DNA of 64,000 bases. It comes from Myxococcota bacterium. GTDB lineage: Bacteria; Myxococcota_A; UBA796; CAJQPC01. Each line of letters begins with the position of its first letter. Position 1 is the first letter of the stretch. The stretch spans positions 1 to 64,000 of the forward strand of contig JAZAMN010000073.1 in assembly GCA_036229005.1 (NCBI GenBank), given 5' to 3'. This document shows, in pieces, positions 10,250 through 19,397 of this stretch. Below the pieces are notes generated by a model. It was not told where the DNA came from. It saw only the letters and a list, made by a program, of their open reading frames with translations, and did no database searches. The translations under genes were made by a program, and so were the position numbers.

Positions 10250-12208
10250 TCAACCATCCAGCGCCGCCACTGTGTCACGTCTTGGCAGATCCTTGAGGCG
10301 CCGCAGCGCGTCCTTCGCGGCCCCAGGCGGCACCGGCTGCCCCCCATAGCGCGCCTGGTACAGCATCCAGGCCAGCTCCTGCAGGGGCTCAGCGGCGGGT
10401 CCGGCCTGGGCAATCAGGTGCTCCGCGGCCGAGAGTGGCGGGAGACCGGGCGGCAGCTCCCAGCCCCGGCGGGCCACCAATCTCCTCGCTTGGGCGAAGT
10501 GTCTCCCCAAGGCGTCCTGGGGGCGACGGTCTGAGGAGGTGAGCCGGCGAGTGATGCGCAGCAAGAGCCAGAGGCCCACCCCCAGACCCAGCGCGGCGAA
10601 CACCACCGGTCCGAGCTTGGGTCCCCCCGTCGAGGACACACTGCCCCCGCTCAACCCCGCAGCGAGCGCCCGCCCGGCCTCGAGCTGCCGGTCCAGGTCG
10701 TAGGCCAGCAGCCCCTGCCGCCAGCGAGACTCCATCGCCAGACCGATCTGCGTGAGCAGCCCCGGGCTCTGCATCGCGGGCGCGGCCGGCGTCGCATCCA
10801 GGCGCACCCAGCTCCCGCCGATCCACGCCTCCACCCACGAGTGCGCGTCGGACTGCCGCACCGTCAAGAAGCCGCCCAGCGGGTTGGGCTCGCCGCCGTA
10901 GAAGCCGTTGACCACCCGGGCCGGGACCCCCTCGGCGCGCAGGAGCACGGCCAGCGCGGTCGCGTAGTACTCGCAGTGGCCCTTGTGGGAGTCGAACAGG
11001 AAGGTCGAGAGCGGCTGGCCGCGGGTGTCGGGCTCCGGGACCAGGGTGTAGGTGAAGCCCTGCCGCAGGTGCTGCTCGGCGGCGGCCGCAGTGGCCCAGT
11101 CCCCTCCCCCGCCCAGGCTCTGCGCCAGGGCCAGGATGCGGGGATCCAGGTCCTCGGGGAGCTGCAGCGCCGCCTCCAGGTCACCGGGGGTGGTCGCGCG
11201 CGCGTTGGGGTCCGAGACCACGCTGTACTGGCGCGGCATCGCGGCGTCGTGGAAGCGCAGATCCCCGGTGGCCTGGCGGGTGAGGGGCTCGGCGCTGTCC
11301 ACGTGCACGACCTGCGCGATGGCGAAGATGGGCGCCCGGTCCAGCGGCTCCAGCTCGATCTCCTGCAGCAGCATCCCCGGACCGAGCTCCGGAGCCGGGC
11401 CCCCCGAGCCGTGGAAGCCCGCGCGCCCGGTGCCCAGGGTCCAGCGCCGCCCGTCGAACTGCGTGAGCGCCAACCCCCGGAAGTAGAAGGGCCCGAACTG
11501 CGGCTCCCCCTGGGCATCCAGCACCCGCACCTGCATCACCCGCTCGGGGTTGTCCTTGATCTCCCCGAGCTCCCCCAGCTCCACCTGCTCGGAGAAGCCC
11601 GAGAGGTCCTGGCGCTCGCCGAGCTGCGCGAGCACCTGCGCGTCCAGCCGCGGGATGAGCACGAACAGCAGCGCCGTCCCAGCCGCGCTGAGCGCCCCCA
11701 GCCCGGCCAGCAGCGGCGCCATGCCCTCCACAGCCCCCGCCACGGCCCGGTTGCGCTCCCGGACGGCCTGGAGCTGGGCCAGCCACAGCAGCGCTGGCAG
11801 CAGCGCCACCTGCATCACCAGGACCGCGGCCAGCCCCGGAGCCTCCGAGCGGTGCAGCGCCGTGAGCTGGACCATGACCGCAAAGAGGAGTGAGAACCGG
11901 GTGTCCCGCGCGCTCCTCCCCGTCCTTAGGCGGTGCACCTGCAGGTACAGGACCAGCGCCGTCACCGCGTCCAGCCAGTCCACGCCCAGCAGCAGCGGGG
12001 AGAGCACCGCCGCGATGAGCACCACCGCCGTCGCCACCCGCCAGGCGTCCCGCTTGGGCGGCTTGTGGGCCCGGAAGCGCGCCAGGCCCACCCCCGCGAA
12101 GCCCGCCAGCGCCAGGTTCAACCCGTAGGGCTGCACAAAGAGAAGGCTGCCCAGGGACCCCAGGATGAAGGCCAGCAGCAGCCCGGAGCGCAGGCGATCT
12201 TCGGTCAT
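10250..12208 (-). CDS. Transglutaminase-like TgpA family membrane protein (DUF3488 + transglutaminase core)
   Basis: N-terminal TM bundle; SGFSEQVELG; catalytic triad GHCEYYA / AHSWVE / WVRLDATP. Confidence 0.92.
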   Translation of the reverse strand: MTEDRLRSGLLLAFILGSLGSLLFVQPYGLNLALAGFAGVGLARFRAHKPPKRDAWRVATAVVLIAAVLSPLLLGVDWLDAVTALVLYLQVHRLRTGRSARDTRFSLLFAVMVQLTALHRSEAPGLAAVLVMQVALLPALLWLAQLQAVRERNRAVAGAVEGMAPLLAGLGALSAAGTALLFVLIPRLDAQVLAQLGERQDLSGFSEQVELGELGEIKDNPERVMQVRVLDAQGEPQFGPFYFRGLALTQFDGRRWTLGTGRAGFHGSGGPAPELGPGMLLQEIELEPLDRAPIFAIAQVVHVDSAEPLTRQATGDLRFHDAAMPRQYSVVSDPNARATTPGDLEAALQLPEDLDPRILALAQSLGGGGDWATAAAAEQHLRQGFTYTLVPEPDTRGQPLSTFLFDSHKGHCEYYATALAVLLRAEGVPARVVNGFYGGEPNPLGGFLTVRQSDAHSWVEAWIGGSWVRLDATPAAPAMQSPGLLTQIGLAMESRWRQGLLAYDLDRQLEAGRALAAGLSGGSVSSTGGPKLGPVVFAALGLGVGLWLLLRITRRLTSSDRRPQDALGRHFAQARRLVARRGWELPPGLPPLSAAEHLIAQAGPAAEPLQELAWMLYQARYGGQPVPPGAAKDALRRLKDLPRRDTVAALDG

Positions 12209-13119
12209 CGCCCCTCCGGCGGCTGCAGGGCCAGCGCGGTCAGCAGGCTCCGGCGGTGCTTGGCGCCCTTGCCCAGCGGCAGGCTGCGGTCCGGGAGCTG
12301 CAGCCCCACCGCGCGCCCCTGGGAGAGGTGTCGGGCGACCTCTCCGCAGGCCCGCTCCAGCTCCTGCTCCAGGCGGCCGGCGTTGCCCGGGACCCGCACC
12401 AGCACCTCCTCGCTGGAGGCCGCGCTCCGGCTGACCACCATCGGCCCCAGCCCCCGCGCGGAGTTGGGCCAGTGGATGCTGCGCACCGGGTCCCCAGACA
12501 CATAGGGACGCAGCCCCATGAAGTCCCCCTCCCCGCCCGTCCGCAGGCTCTCCTCGTCGCCGCCGCCGCGCCCCGGTCGCCCCTTGGCCGCCACGCGCTT
12601 GCCCCGCCGGGGGTAGACCAGCACCGTGCCCCCCAGCTCCACGTCGCGGTAGCGGCGGAAGAGCCCAAAGGGGAAGGTCGAGCTCATGCGCAAGCGGCCC
12701 AGCCTGACCTCGCCGCGGCTCGCGAAGGTCCAGGAGACCGGCAGCTCCACCCGGCCCGAGCGGTGCACCGAGATCACCGCGCCGCGGGCCTCACCTCGAT
12801 CCACCTCCTCCAGCTCCAGCGAGAAGGCAGGCAGCAGGGTGCGGGGGTTGTCGAGGAGGAAGGATCCGTGCGCGGCCTCAAACGCGAACACATCCTCTGG
12901 GAGTTGGCGGCTCACGCGGATCCGTCTCAGGTTGGCCTCGGCGAGGACAGACTGGAGCACCAGCACGCTCAGGAGCAGCGCGAGCACGACGTAGAGCAGG
13001 TTGTTGCCCGTGTTGAACGCGGCGACGGTGAGACCGAGCACGGCCCCCAGGTAGGCCCAGCCCAGGGCGGTGGGGCGCACCTGCACGCGCCGGGACCAGC
13101 GGGCTCGGAGGTCGCTCAC
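12205..13119 (-). CDS. DUF58 domain protein
   Basis: AAFNTGNNLLY, STFPFGLF, LVYPR, DFMGLRPYVSGDPVRSIHW; 4-bp overlaps with both neighbours. Confidence 0.92.
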   Translation of the reverse strand: MSDLRARWSRRVQVRPTALGWAYLGAVLGLTVAAFNTGNNLLYVVLALLLSVLVLQSVLAEANLRRIRVSRQLPEDVFAFEAAHGSFLLDNPRTLLPAFSLELEEVDRGEARGAVISVHRSGRVELPVSWTFASRGEVRLGRLRMSSTFPFGLFRRYRDVELGGTVLVYPRRGKRVAAKGRPGRGGGDEESLRTGGEGDFMGLRPYVSGDPVRSIHWPNSARGLGPMVVSRSAASSEEVLVRVPGNAGRLEQELERACGEVARHLSQGRAVGLQLPDRSLPLGKGAKHRRSLLTALALQPPEGR

Positions 13120-14057
13120 GCCGGGGGCGGCAGCTCGCCCAGCAGCTCGGTGAGGGCGCGCTCGGCGGCGACGATGCCCTCTCCGCGAGGGAGCACGCGG
13201 TGGGCCAGCACAGGGAGCGCGAGGGTGTGGAGGTCCTCCGGGATCACGAAGCTGCGGCCTCGGATCAGCGCCAGGGCCTTGGTGGCCCGGTAGAGGGCCT
13301 CGGCCCCGCGGGTGGACACGCCGCGCACAAAGCGGGGGTCCCGGCGGGTGCGGTCCACGAGCTCCAGCAGGAAGTCCTCCAGCTCGTCGTGGAAGGCGAT
13401 GTCCTGGGCGGCGGCGATCAAGCGCGCGACCCGCTCAGGCGCCAGGGCGGGCTGGATCTGGGCGCCTCGGAAGCCCCCGGAGCGCAGCACCCGACGCTCG
13501 GCCTCGCGATCCGGGTAGCCCATGCGCAAGCGCAGCAAAAAGCGATCGAGCTGGGAGTCCGGCAGCGGGAAGGTGCCCCCGTGGTCGTGAGGGTTCTGGG
13601 TGGCCACCACCAGGAAGGGGTCCGGCAGCGCGTGGGACTGGCCGTCCACGGACACGCGGCGCTCGGCCATCGCCTCCAGCAGGGCGGACTGGGTCTTGGG
13701 CGTGCAGCGGTTGACCTCGTCCGCGAGCACCACGTTGGCGAACACGGGGCCCGGGCGGAAGGCCAGGCTGCCGGAGCCGGGCTCCAGGATCAGGGTGCCG
13801 AGCACGTCCGCGGGCAGCAGGTCGGAGGTGAACTGCACCCGAGAGAAGCTGCCACCCAGGGCCTGCGCGAGGCTATGGGCCAGGGTGGTCTTGCCGACGC
13901 CGGGCACGTCCTCCAGCAGGATGTGCCCCCCGCCGATGACCGCGACCATCGCGAGCTCGACGGTGTCCCGCTTGCCCTGGATCACCTGCTCCACGCTGGC
14001 GATCAGCGCCTGGATCTCCTGGTGGGGCGTGGGGGCGGTGCCCAGGGCCGCGCTCAC
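13116..14057 (-). CDS. moxR: MoxR family AAA+ ATPase
   Basis: GGHILLEDVPGVGKT, RVQFTSDLLPAD, LADEVNR, ATQNP, PLPDSQLDRF; GTG 14057 overlaps the upstream stop (GTGA). Confidence 0.95.
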   Translation of the reverse strand: MSAALGTAPTPHQEIQALIASVEQVIQGKRDTVELAMVAVIGGGHILLEDVPGVGKTTLAHSLAQALGGSFSRVQFTSDLLPADVLGTLILEPGSGSLAFRPGPVFANVVLADEVNRCTPKTQSALLEAMAERRVSVDGQSHALPDPFLVVATQNPHDHGGTFPLPDSQLDRFLLRLRMGYPDREAERRVLRSGGFRGAQIQPALAPERVARLIAAAQDIAFHDELEDFLLELVDRTRRDPRFVRGVSTRGAEALYRATKALALIRGRSFVIPEDLHTLALPVLAHRVLPRGEGIVAAERALTELLGELPPPA

Positions 14058-14617
14058 TGGGTGTAGGTCCCGGCGACGAAGCTGGTGTAGGTGCAGCCCA
14101 CGGGGACCTGCTCGTTCTCGCTGGCGACGACCTCGAAGGTCTCGATGCCGACCCAGTCCAGGTCCTCGGCCGCGTTGCCGTCCAGGTAGTCGTAGTCGTC
14201 CGTGCTGATGGCCAGCCGGTCCATGGTCTCCTGGACGTTCTCGGCCATGTTGCAGGTGTCGCCGCCGGTCCGGTACACGGCCTCGCCGCTGAGCACCCAC
14301 TGGACGGGGCCGCCCGCGCGGTCGGGCTCACCCACCACCGCGGACTCGTAGGAGATGGTGCAGCCGGAGATCGAGCCGGTGGCGAAGGCGTCGGTGGTCT
14401 CGTCCACGACCTTGAGGGTCGCCAGGGAGCCGTCGAAGGCCACGCCGAAGGTCAGGCTCTCGGTCGAGGCGACCTCCTCCTCGTTGCAGTTGTCCTCGAC
14501 GCCGGTGACCTTCACGTCCCAGGTGTAGAGGTTCTCGTCCTCCTCCGGCTGGCAGCCAGTGAGGGCGAGCAGACCGAGCGCAGACAGGCTGAACATGCGG
14601 GTCAGGGAGGTGGACAT
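14054..14617 (-). CDS. Hypothetical lipoprotein (several Cys)
   Basis: MSTSLTRMFSLSALGLLALTGC lipobox; acidic, beta-rich sequence; first gene of the moxR unit. Confidence 0.8.
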   Translation of the reverse strand: MSTSLTRMFSLSALGLLALTGCQPEEDENLYTWDVKVTGVEDNCNEEEVASTESLTFGVAFDGSLATLKVVDETTDAFATGSISGCTISYESAVVGEPDRAGGPVQWVLSGEAVYRTGGDTCNMAENVQETMDRLAISTDDYDYLDGNAAEDLDWVGIETFEVVASENEQVPVGCTYTSFVAGTYTQ

Positions 14618-14765
14618 GCGGGGGAGGCTCCTTGCGGTCCTCCCACCTTAACACCGGGGTCTCGCCGGGGCCTGCCCGTCGCGTTACGCCCCGGCCCCCT
14701 GGCTTCGCGCGCGCTGACATGGCCGCGACGTAGCCCCCGGAACGCATTCCAGCAGGAGCCCCAAA

Positions 14766-17345
14766 GTGGCTGACACCAAGCCCCTCTTCGTTGCCCGCCC
14801 CTCCGATGTCGCATTCCTCAAGGAGAACCTGGACGCCGCCGTCTCCGGCAAGGGCTCCGCGGTGGTCCTGGAGTCTCCCCTGGGCGGCGGCAAGCGCGCC
14901 CTCGTCGGCGAGCTGGTCCGCTCCGTGCCCGACTTCAACGGCGTCATCTGGCGGGTGCCCCTGATCGAGGAGGAGGAGGGCATGCGCACCCTGCTCCGCC
15001 TCTACGCACACCTGCTGGGCGCCATCTCCCGCGACCAGGCCATGGCCGGCCGCATCGAGGCCTCCATCAACATGGAGCTGCCCAAGCACCCCAAGCGCGT
15101 GCAGCAGTGGCTCCAGGCCTTCATCCAGGGCATCAAGAACCGCCCCAAGGTCCAGGGTGACCAGGCGCAGATCACCGTGCCCCGCGACAACCCCGTGCTG
15201 GCCCTGGTGCACATCATCCGCGCCCTGACCAACGCGGTGCCCCTGCTGATGGAGGTGCAGAACCTCCACGCCTGCCAGTCCGTCGCCATCTCCGGCATCA
15301 TCGAGGCCCTGCTGGAGGACATCAGCGACCGCAAGCTCCTGATGATCCTCTCCATCCGCGAGCGCAGCGACGTCAACAGCGCCTGGATGCCCCTGCCCAT
15401 GCTCGACCTGCTCGAGCGCCGCAAGGACGACCTCAAGATCCACAAGGTCGCCCCCTGGGGCGCCGACGAGGTCGCTCAGTACCTGGAGAGCCGCGGCACC
15501 GAGGCCGACGCCGCCGAGCTGGCCCGCATCGCCAGCGGCCGCCCCGGCTTCGTGGCCGACCTGGTCGACATGCTGGAGGAGCAGGGCAAGCTCTCCGACA
15601 TGAGCGGCATCACCCTGGCCAACCTCTTCCCCACCGACGTGGACGAGGACGAGCTGGAGGAGGGCCCCGCGCCCGAGCCCGGCAAGCGCCGCCACGCCGG
15701 CAAGGATGACCTGCACGAGGTCGCCGTCCGCGCGGCCCTGCTCGGCGCCACCTTCCCCGCCAACCTGCTGGCCGACATCGGCGGCTACGACCGCGACAGC
15801 ATCGACGACCTGCTCGACGCGGCCGGGGAGCTCTTCGAGGAGGTGGAGTTCAACAAGGGCATGAACACCTGGCTCTACGCCTTCAAGCCCAGCCGCCGCC
15901 GCAAGGAGCAGAACGCCCGGGCCGCCAACGTGGTCTACCAGGAGGGCGTGCTCGACTGGGCCAAGGAGAACCACCCCGACTTCCCCGGGCTGGCCCGCGC
16001 CACCGGCGCCTACATGGAGCGCTTCCTGGTGCCCCGCGGCTACGACTTCATCGTCAAGACCGCCCGCGCCTACGCCATGGCCGGCGCCAACCAGCAGGCC
16101 GCTGTGCTGCGCTCCATGGCCGTGTCCAAGGACAACCCCCAGCTCTGGCCCATGGTCCACGACATGATGAAGTTCCATGACGCCGTCGCGTGGCCCGAGC
16201 CCATGCAGCGCACCGTCTACATGAACCTCATGGACCGCATGGCACAGGGCGGCGACGTCAATCAGGCCGAGACCCTCTTCAACGAGATCCTGGCCTGGGC
16301 CGACGCCCGTGAGGACCGCCGCCTCAAGGGCTGGCTGCTCTTCGCCGGCTCCCGCCTCGACTTCCGCCGCCAGGACTTCTACCGCGGCCGCGACCGCGCC
16401 AAGGACGCGCTGACCCTCTACAGCGCCCTGGGCGACAAGCTCAAGGTCAGCGAGCTCCACAACCACCTCGGCATGATCGAGCTCTCCGACGGCAACCCCA
16501 CCGCCGCCCTGGAGCAGGTGGACATCGCCCTCCGCGAGGGCACCGTCGACACCCCCGACGGCAAGAAGGCTGTGCTGCCCCAGACCGCCGCCAACGCCGA
16601 GTTCATCCGCGGCCTGGTGCGCAAGCGCGAGCGCAAGTTCGACGAGGCCGCCGAGCACTTCGCCCGCGCCAACGAGATCGCCGGCAACACCGGTCAGGCC
16701 CCCCTCGCCCTGGAGGCCGGCCTCAACTACGGTGAGGTCCTCCTGGTCGGCGGCAAGGCCGAGAAGGCCAGCGAGATCCTCGAGCGCGTCGTGCAGATCG
16801 CCGGCGCCCTCCAGAACGGCATCCGCCAGCGCGCCGCCATGAGCCTGCTCGCCCAGGCCTACGGCGCCCAGCGCAAGTTCAACGACGCCCTCACCTGGGC
16901 CAAGCGCGTGCTGCAGGTCACCGAGCAGGGCCGCATGCAGGCCTACATCGCCGTGGACACCTACAACGTGGGCCTGTTCACCCTGATGACCGGCAACCAG
17001 ACCGAGGCGCTGGCCCTCTTCCGCAAGGCCAAGGGCCTGGCCAACCTCAAGGCTGACGCCGGCTTCGCCAAGGAGCTGCTGTTCAACCTGGGCATGGCCG
17101 CCGACCGCGCCGGTCAGAAGGCCGAGGCCAAGGCCGCCTTCACCGAGCTGCTGCCCTACGCCAACCAGGCCAAGGACGCCCGCAAGCTCGTGGCGGGGAG
17201 CATCCAGCTCGCCCGCCTCCAGAAGGCCGACGGCGAGAACGACAACGCCCGCTCCGTGCTGAACGCCGCCCTCAAGGTCGCCGAGCAGACCAAGATGGCC
17301 GAGGAGAAGAAGGCCATCAAGAAGGCCCTCTCCGAGCTGGGCTGA
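14766..17345 (+). CDS. STAND/AAA_16-like ATPase domain (degenerate) fused to TPR repeats
   Basis: AGGAG RBS, GTG start; FVAR...AVVLESPLGGGKR, LARIASGRPGF (GxP position), RAALLGATF; helical TPR-like C-terminal half. Confidence 0.8.
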   Translation: MADTKPLFVARPSDVAFLKENLDAAVSGKGSAVVLESPLGGGKRALVGELVRSVPDFNGVIWRVPLIEEEEGMRTLLRLYAHLLGAISRDQAMAGRIEASINMELPKHPKRVQQWLQAFIQGIKNRPKVQGDQAQITVPRDNPVLALVHIIRALTNAVPLLMEVQNLHACQSVAISGIIEALLEDISDRKLLMILSIRERSDVNSAWMPLPMLDLLERRKDDLKIHKVAPWGADEVAQYLESRGTEADAAELARIASGRPGFVADLVDMLEEQGKLSDMSGITLANLFPTDVDEDELEEGPAPEPGKRRHAGKDDLHEVAVRAALLGATFPANLLADIGGYDRDSIDDLLDAAGELFEEVEFNKGMNTWLYAFKPSRRRKEQNARAANVVYQEGVLDWAKENHPDFPGLARATGAYMERFLVPRGYDFIVKTARAYAMAGANQQAAVLRSMAVSKDNPQLWPMVHDMMKFHDAVAWPEPMQRTVYMNLMDRMAQGGDVNQAETLFNEILAWADAREDRRLKGWLLFAGSRLDFRRQDFYRGRDRAKDALTLYSALGDKLKVSELHNHLGMIELSDGNPTAALEQVDIALREGTVDTPDGKKAVLPQTAANAEFIRGLVRKRERKFDEAAEHFARANEIAGNTGQAPLALEAGLNYGEVLLVGGKAEKASEILERVVQIAGALQNGIRQRAAMSLLAQAYGAQRKFNDALTWAKRVLQVTEQGRMQAYIAVDTYNVGLFTLMTGNQTEALALFRKAKGLANLKADAGFAKELLFNLGMAADRAGQKAEAKAAFTELLPYANQAKDARKLVAGSIQLARLQKADGENDNARSVLNAALKVAEQTKMAEEKKAIKKALSELG

Positions 17346-17401
17346 GGTCTCTGGGGCGAGGGGCTCCCGTAGCCCCCAGCCCTCCCGACTACACCAACGA
17401 G

Positions 17402-17439
17402 AAGGCCGCTCCTCCAGCAATGGGGGAGCGGCCTTTTTT
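17402..17439 (+). terminator. Rho-independent terminator
   Basis: AAGGCCGCTCCTCCA-GCAA-TGGGGGAGCGGCCTT stem with a GNRA loop, running into a T6 tract; lies between convergent genes. Confidence 0.9.
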
Positions 17440-17472
17440 GCATCAGCGAGGTGCGGCTGGGCCGCTCCAGGC

Positions 17473-18702
17473 TCAGGGGGTGACCACCCGCACGGACTTC
17501 TTCTTCCCGCGCCAGATCACCACGCCGCCATCCTCGATGTCCTCGCTGGTGACCATCAGCTCATGACTCGTGACCGGACGCCCGCGGTCCATGCCGAGCT
17601 TGATCGCGCCCTGCTGGATCTGCCGCCGCGCCTCTCCCTTGGACTTGCAGAGCTCCGCCTGCACCAACAGGTCCACGACCAGCGCCGGGAGCTGTGCAGT
17701 GATGGACGGCATCGCGTCGACCGCCCCGCCGCCCGAGAACGCGGCCTGCGCACCCTGCATCGCCTTGGTGGCCTCCTCCTTCCCATGGGCGATGGCCGTG
17801 GCCTCGAAGGCCAGCACCCGCTTGGCCTCGCGCACGTCGGCGCCCTGGAGCGCCTCCAGCGCCTCGATGCGGTCCATGGGCAGGAAGGTGAAGATGCGCA
17901 GGAGCTTGCCCACGTCGCGGTCGTCCACGTTCACCCAGTACTGGAAGTACTCGTAGGGGGAGAGCCGGTCCGCACTCAGCCAGACCGCGCCCTTGGCGGT
18001 CTTGCCCATCTTCTTGCCCTCGGCCGTGGTCAGCAGCGGGAAGGTCAGCGCGTGCGCCTCGCCGCCGTTCACGCGCCGGATCAGATCGATGCCCGCCGTG
18101 ATGTTGCCCCACTGATCGTCGCCGCCCATCTGCAGCATGCAGCCATGGCGCTCGTGCAGCTCAAGGAAATCGTAGGCCTGCAGCACCTGGTAGTTGAACT
18201 CCAGCAGGCTGAGCCCCTTCTCCAGGCGCAGCTTCACGCTGGCCTTGGTGAGCATGTTGTTCACCGAGAAGTGCCGCGCCACGTGCCGCAGGAAGTGCAT
18301 GTAGTTGAGCGAGCACAGCCAGTCGGCGTTGTTGACCAGCATCGCGGCCTTGGCGCCCGCCGTCTGCTCGTCAAAGTCCAGCACCAGGTCCATCTGCTTG
18401 CGCATGCCCTGCAGGTTGCTGTCGATCTGCTCCGTGGAGAGCATCGCGCGCATCTCGTCCTTGAAGGACGGGTCCCCCACCATGGCCGTTCCGCCGCCCA
18501 GGAGCGCAATGGGACGGTGCCCGGCGCGCTGCAGGTGCGCCATCGCCATCAGCGGCAGCAGGTGCCCCACGTGCAGCGAGTCCGCGGTGGGGTCGAAGCC
18601 CACGTAGAAGGTCACCGGGGTGTCTCCGGCCAGGATCTCCGGCACCTCGGCGGTGTACTGCTGCACCAGGCCGCGGGCCTGCAGGACTTCAAACGCGTTC
18701 AC
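17473..18702 (-). CDS. tyrS: Tyrosine--tRNA ligase
   Basis: YVGFDPTADSLHVGH, QMGGDDQWGNI, KMGKT, C-terminal S4-like domain; GTG 18702 with a GGGAGG RBS. Confidence 0.97.
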   Translation of the reverse strand: MNAFEVLQARGLVQQYTAEVPEILAGDTPVTFYVGFDPTADSLHVGHLLPLMAMAHLQRAGHRPIALLGGGTAMVGDPSFKDEMRAMLSTEQIDSNLQGMRKQMDLVLDFDEQTAGAKAAMLVNNADWLCSLNYMHFLRHVARHFSVNNMLTKASVKLRLEKGLSLLEFNYQVLQAYDFLELHERHGCMLQMGGDDQWGNITAGIDLIRRVNGGEAHALTFPLLTTAEGKKMGKTAKGAVWLSADRLSPYEYFQYWVNVDDRDVGKLLRIFTFLPMDRIEALEALQGADVREAKRVLAFEATAIAHGKEEATKAMQGAQAAFSGGGAVDAMPSITAQLPALVVDLLVQAELCKSKGEARRQIQQGAIKLGMDRGRPVTSHELMVTSEDIEDGGVVIWRGKKKSVRVVTP

Positions 18703-18888
18703 GGGACCTCCCATTGGGCGAGTGCAGCTATGCACCCACAAGGATCCGGGCAAGCCCGGGAGGATGCCCCGCCGCACCTCCCTGAGATCACGGCATTTCA
18801 ACGGGACTGTGACGAAGCCCCCTTGTTCTGCTCACACAGGTGCGCACACTTTCCGTACACTAAGGGCGGACCCCAACAGGAGGCCAAT

Positions 18889-19296
18889 GTGCAATTCACC
18901 TTCCACTCTCCCGATCAGCTCTTCACGCAGCCTCTGCAGAAGTACTGCCGCGACAAGCTGGCCAAGCCAGTGGTCCGGCACAAGATCGACGACGAGGAGG
19001 TTCGCTTCGAGATCGAGGCCGTGAAGCACGGAGACTCGACCGGAATGCGCGTGCTCTTCCACCAGCCCGGTGTGCACATCACTGTGTCCACCCTCCACGC
19101 CGACGCCTACGGCGCCGTGGATCTGGCCGTGGACAAGCTCAAGCGCAAGCTGGCCGACACCGAGGAGCGTCGCAGGGCAATGTCCCGCCGCGCGCCCCTG
19201 CCCTCTCTGGAGCAGGAGGCTGAGGACATCTTCACGGAAGACGAGGAAGAGGTCCTGCGGGAGATGGGCGCGCTGGACGCCGTCCTCAACATCTGA
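18889..19296 (+). CDS. HPF/RaiA family ribosome-associated protein with an acidic tail
   Basis: AGGAGG RBS then GTG; LQKYCRDKLAK...DAYGAVDLAVDKLKRKL signature; only the 3' end of the 17563..19296 ORF is real. Confidence 0.8.
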   Translation: MQFTFHSPDQLFTQPLQKYCRDKLAKPVVRHKIDDEEVRFEIEAVKHGDSTGMRVLFHQPGVHITVSTLHADAYGAVDLAVDKLKRKLADTEERRRAMSRRAPLPSLEQEAEDIFTEDEEEVLREMGALDAVLNI

Positions 19297-19321
19297 CACC
19301 TCGGCGTCAACCCACCCCAGT

Positions 19322-19348
19322 CAGCCTGGCCTCGTCGAGGTCAGGCTG
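19322..19348. terminator. Hairpin between convergent genes
   Basis: CAGCCTGGCCTC-GTC-GAGGTCAGGCTG; no U tract. Confidence 0.5.
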
Positions 19349-19397
19349 TCTGCCTTCAGGGACCGCGTGCGCAGCGGTCCCCCCAGACTCCCGCAGC

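Noticed and set aside
7241..10534. 1097-aa plus-strand ORF
   Set aside because: Antisense to recognisable genes and has no motifs.
14328..17420. 1030-aa minus-strand ORF
   Set aside because: Antisense shadow of the STAND-TPR gene.
18703..18888. T-box or riboswitch upstream of tyrS
   Set aside because: No T-box consensus or terminator is visible; likely a plain divergent promoter region.
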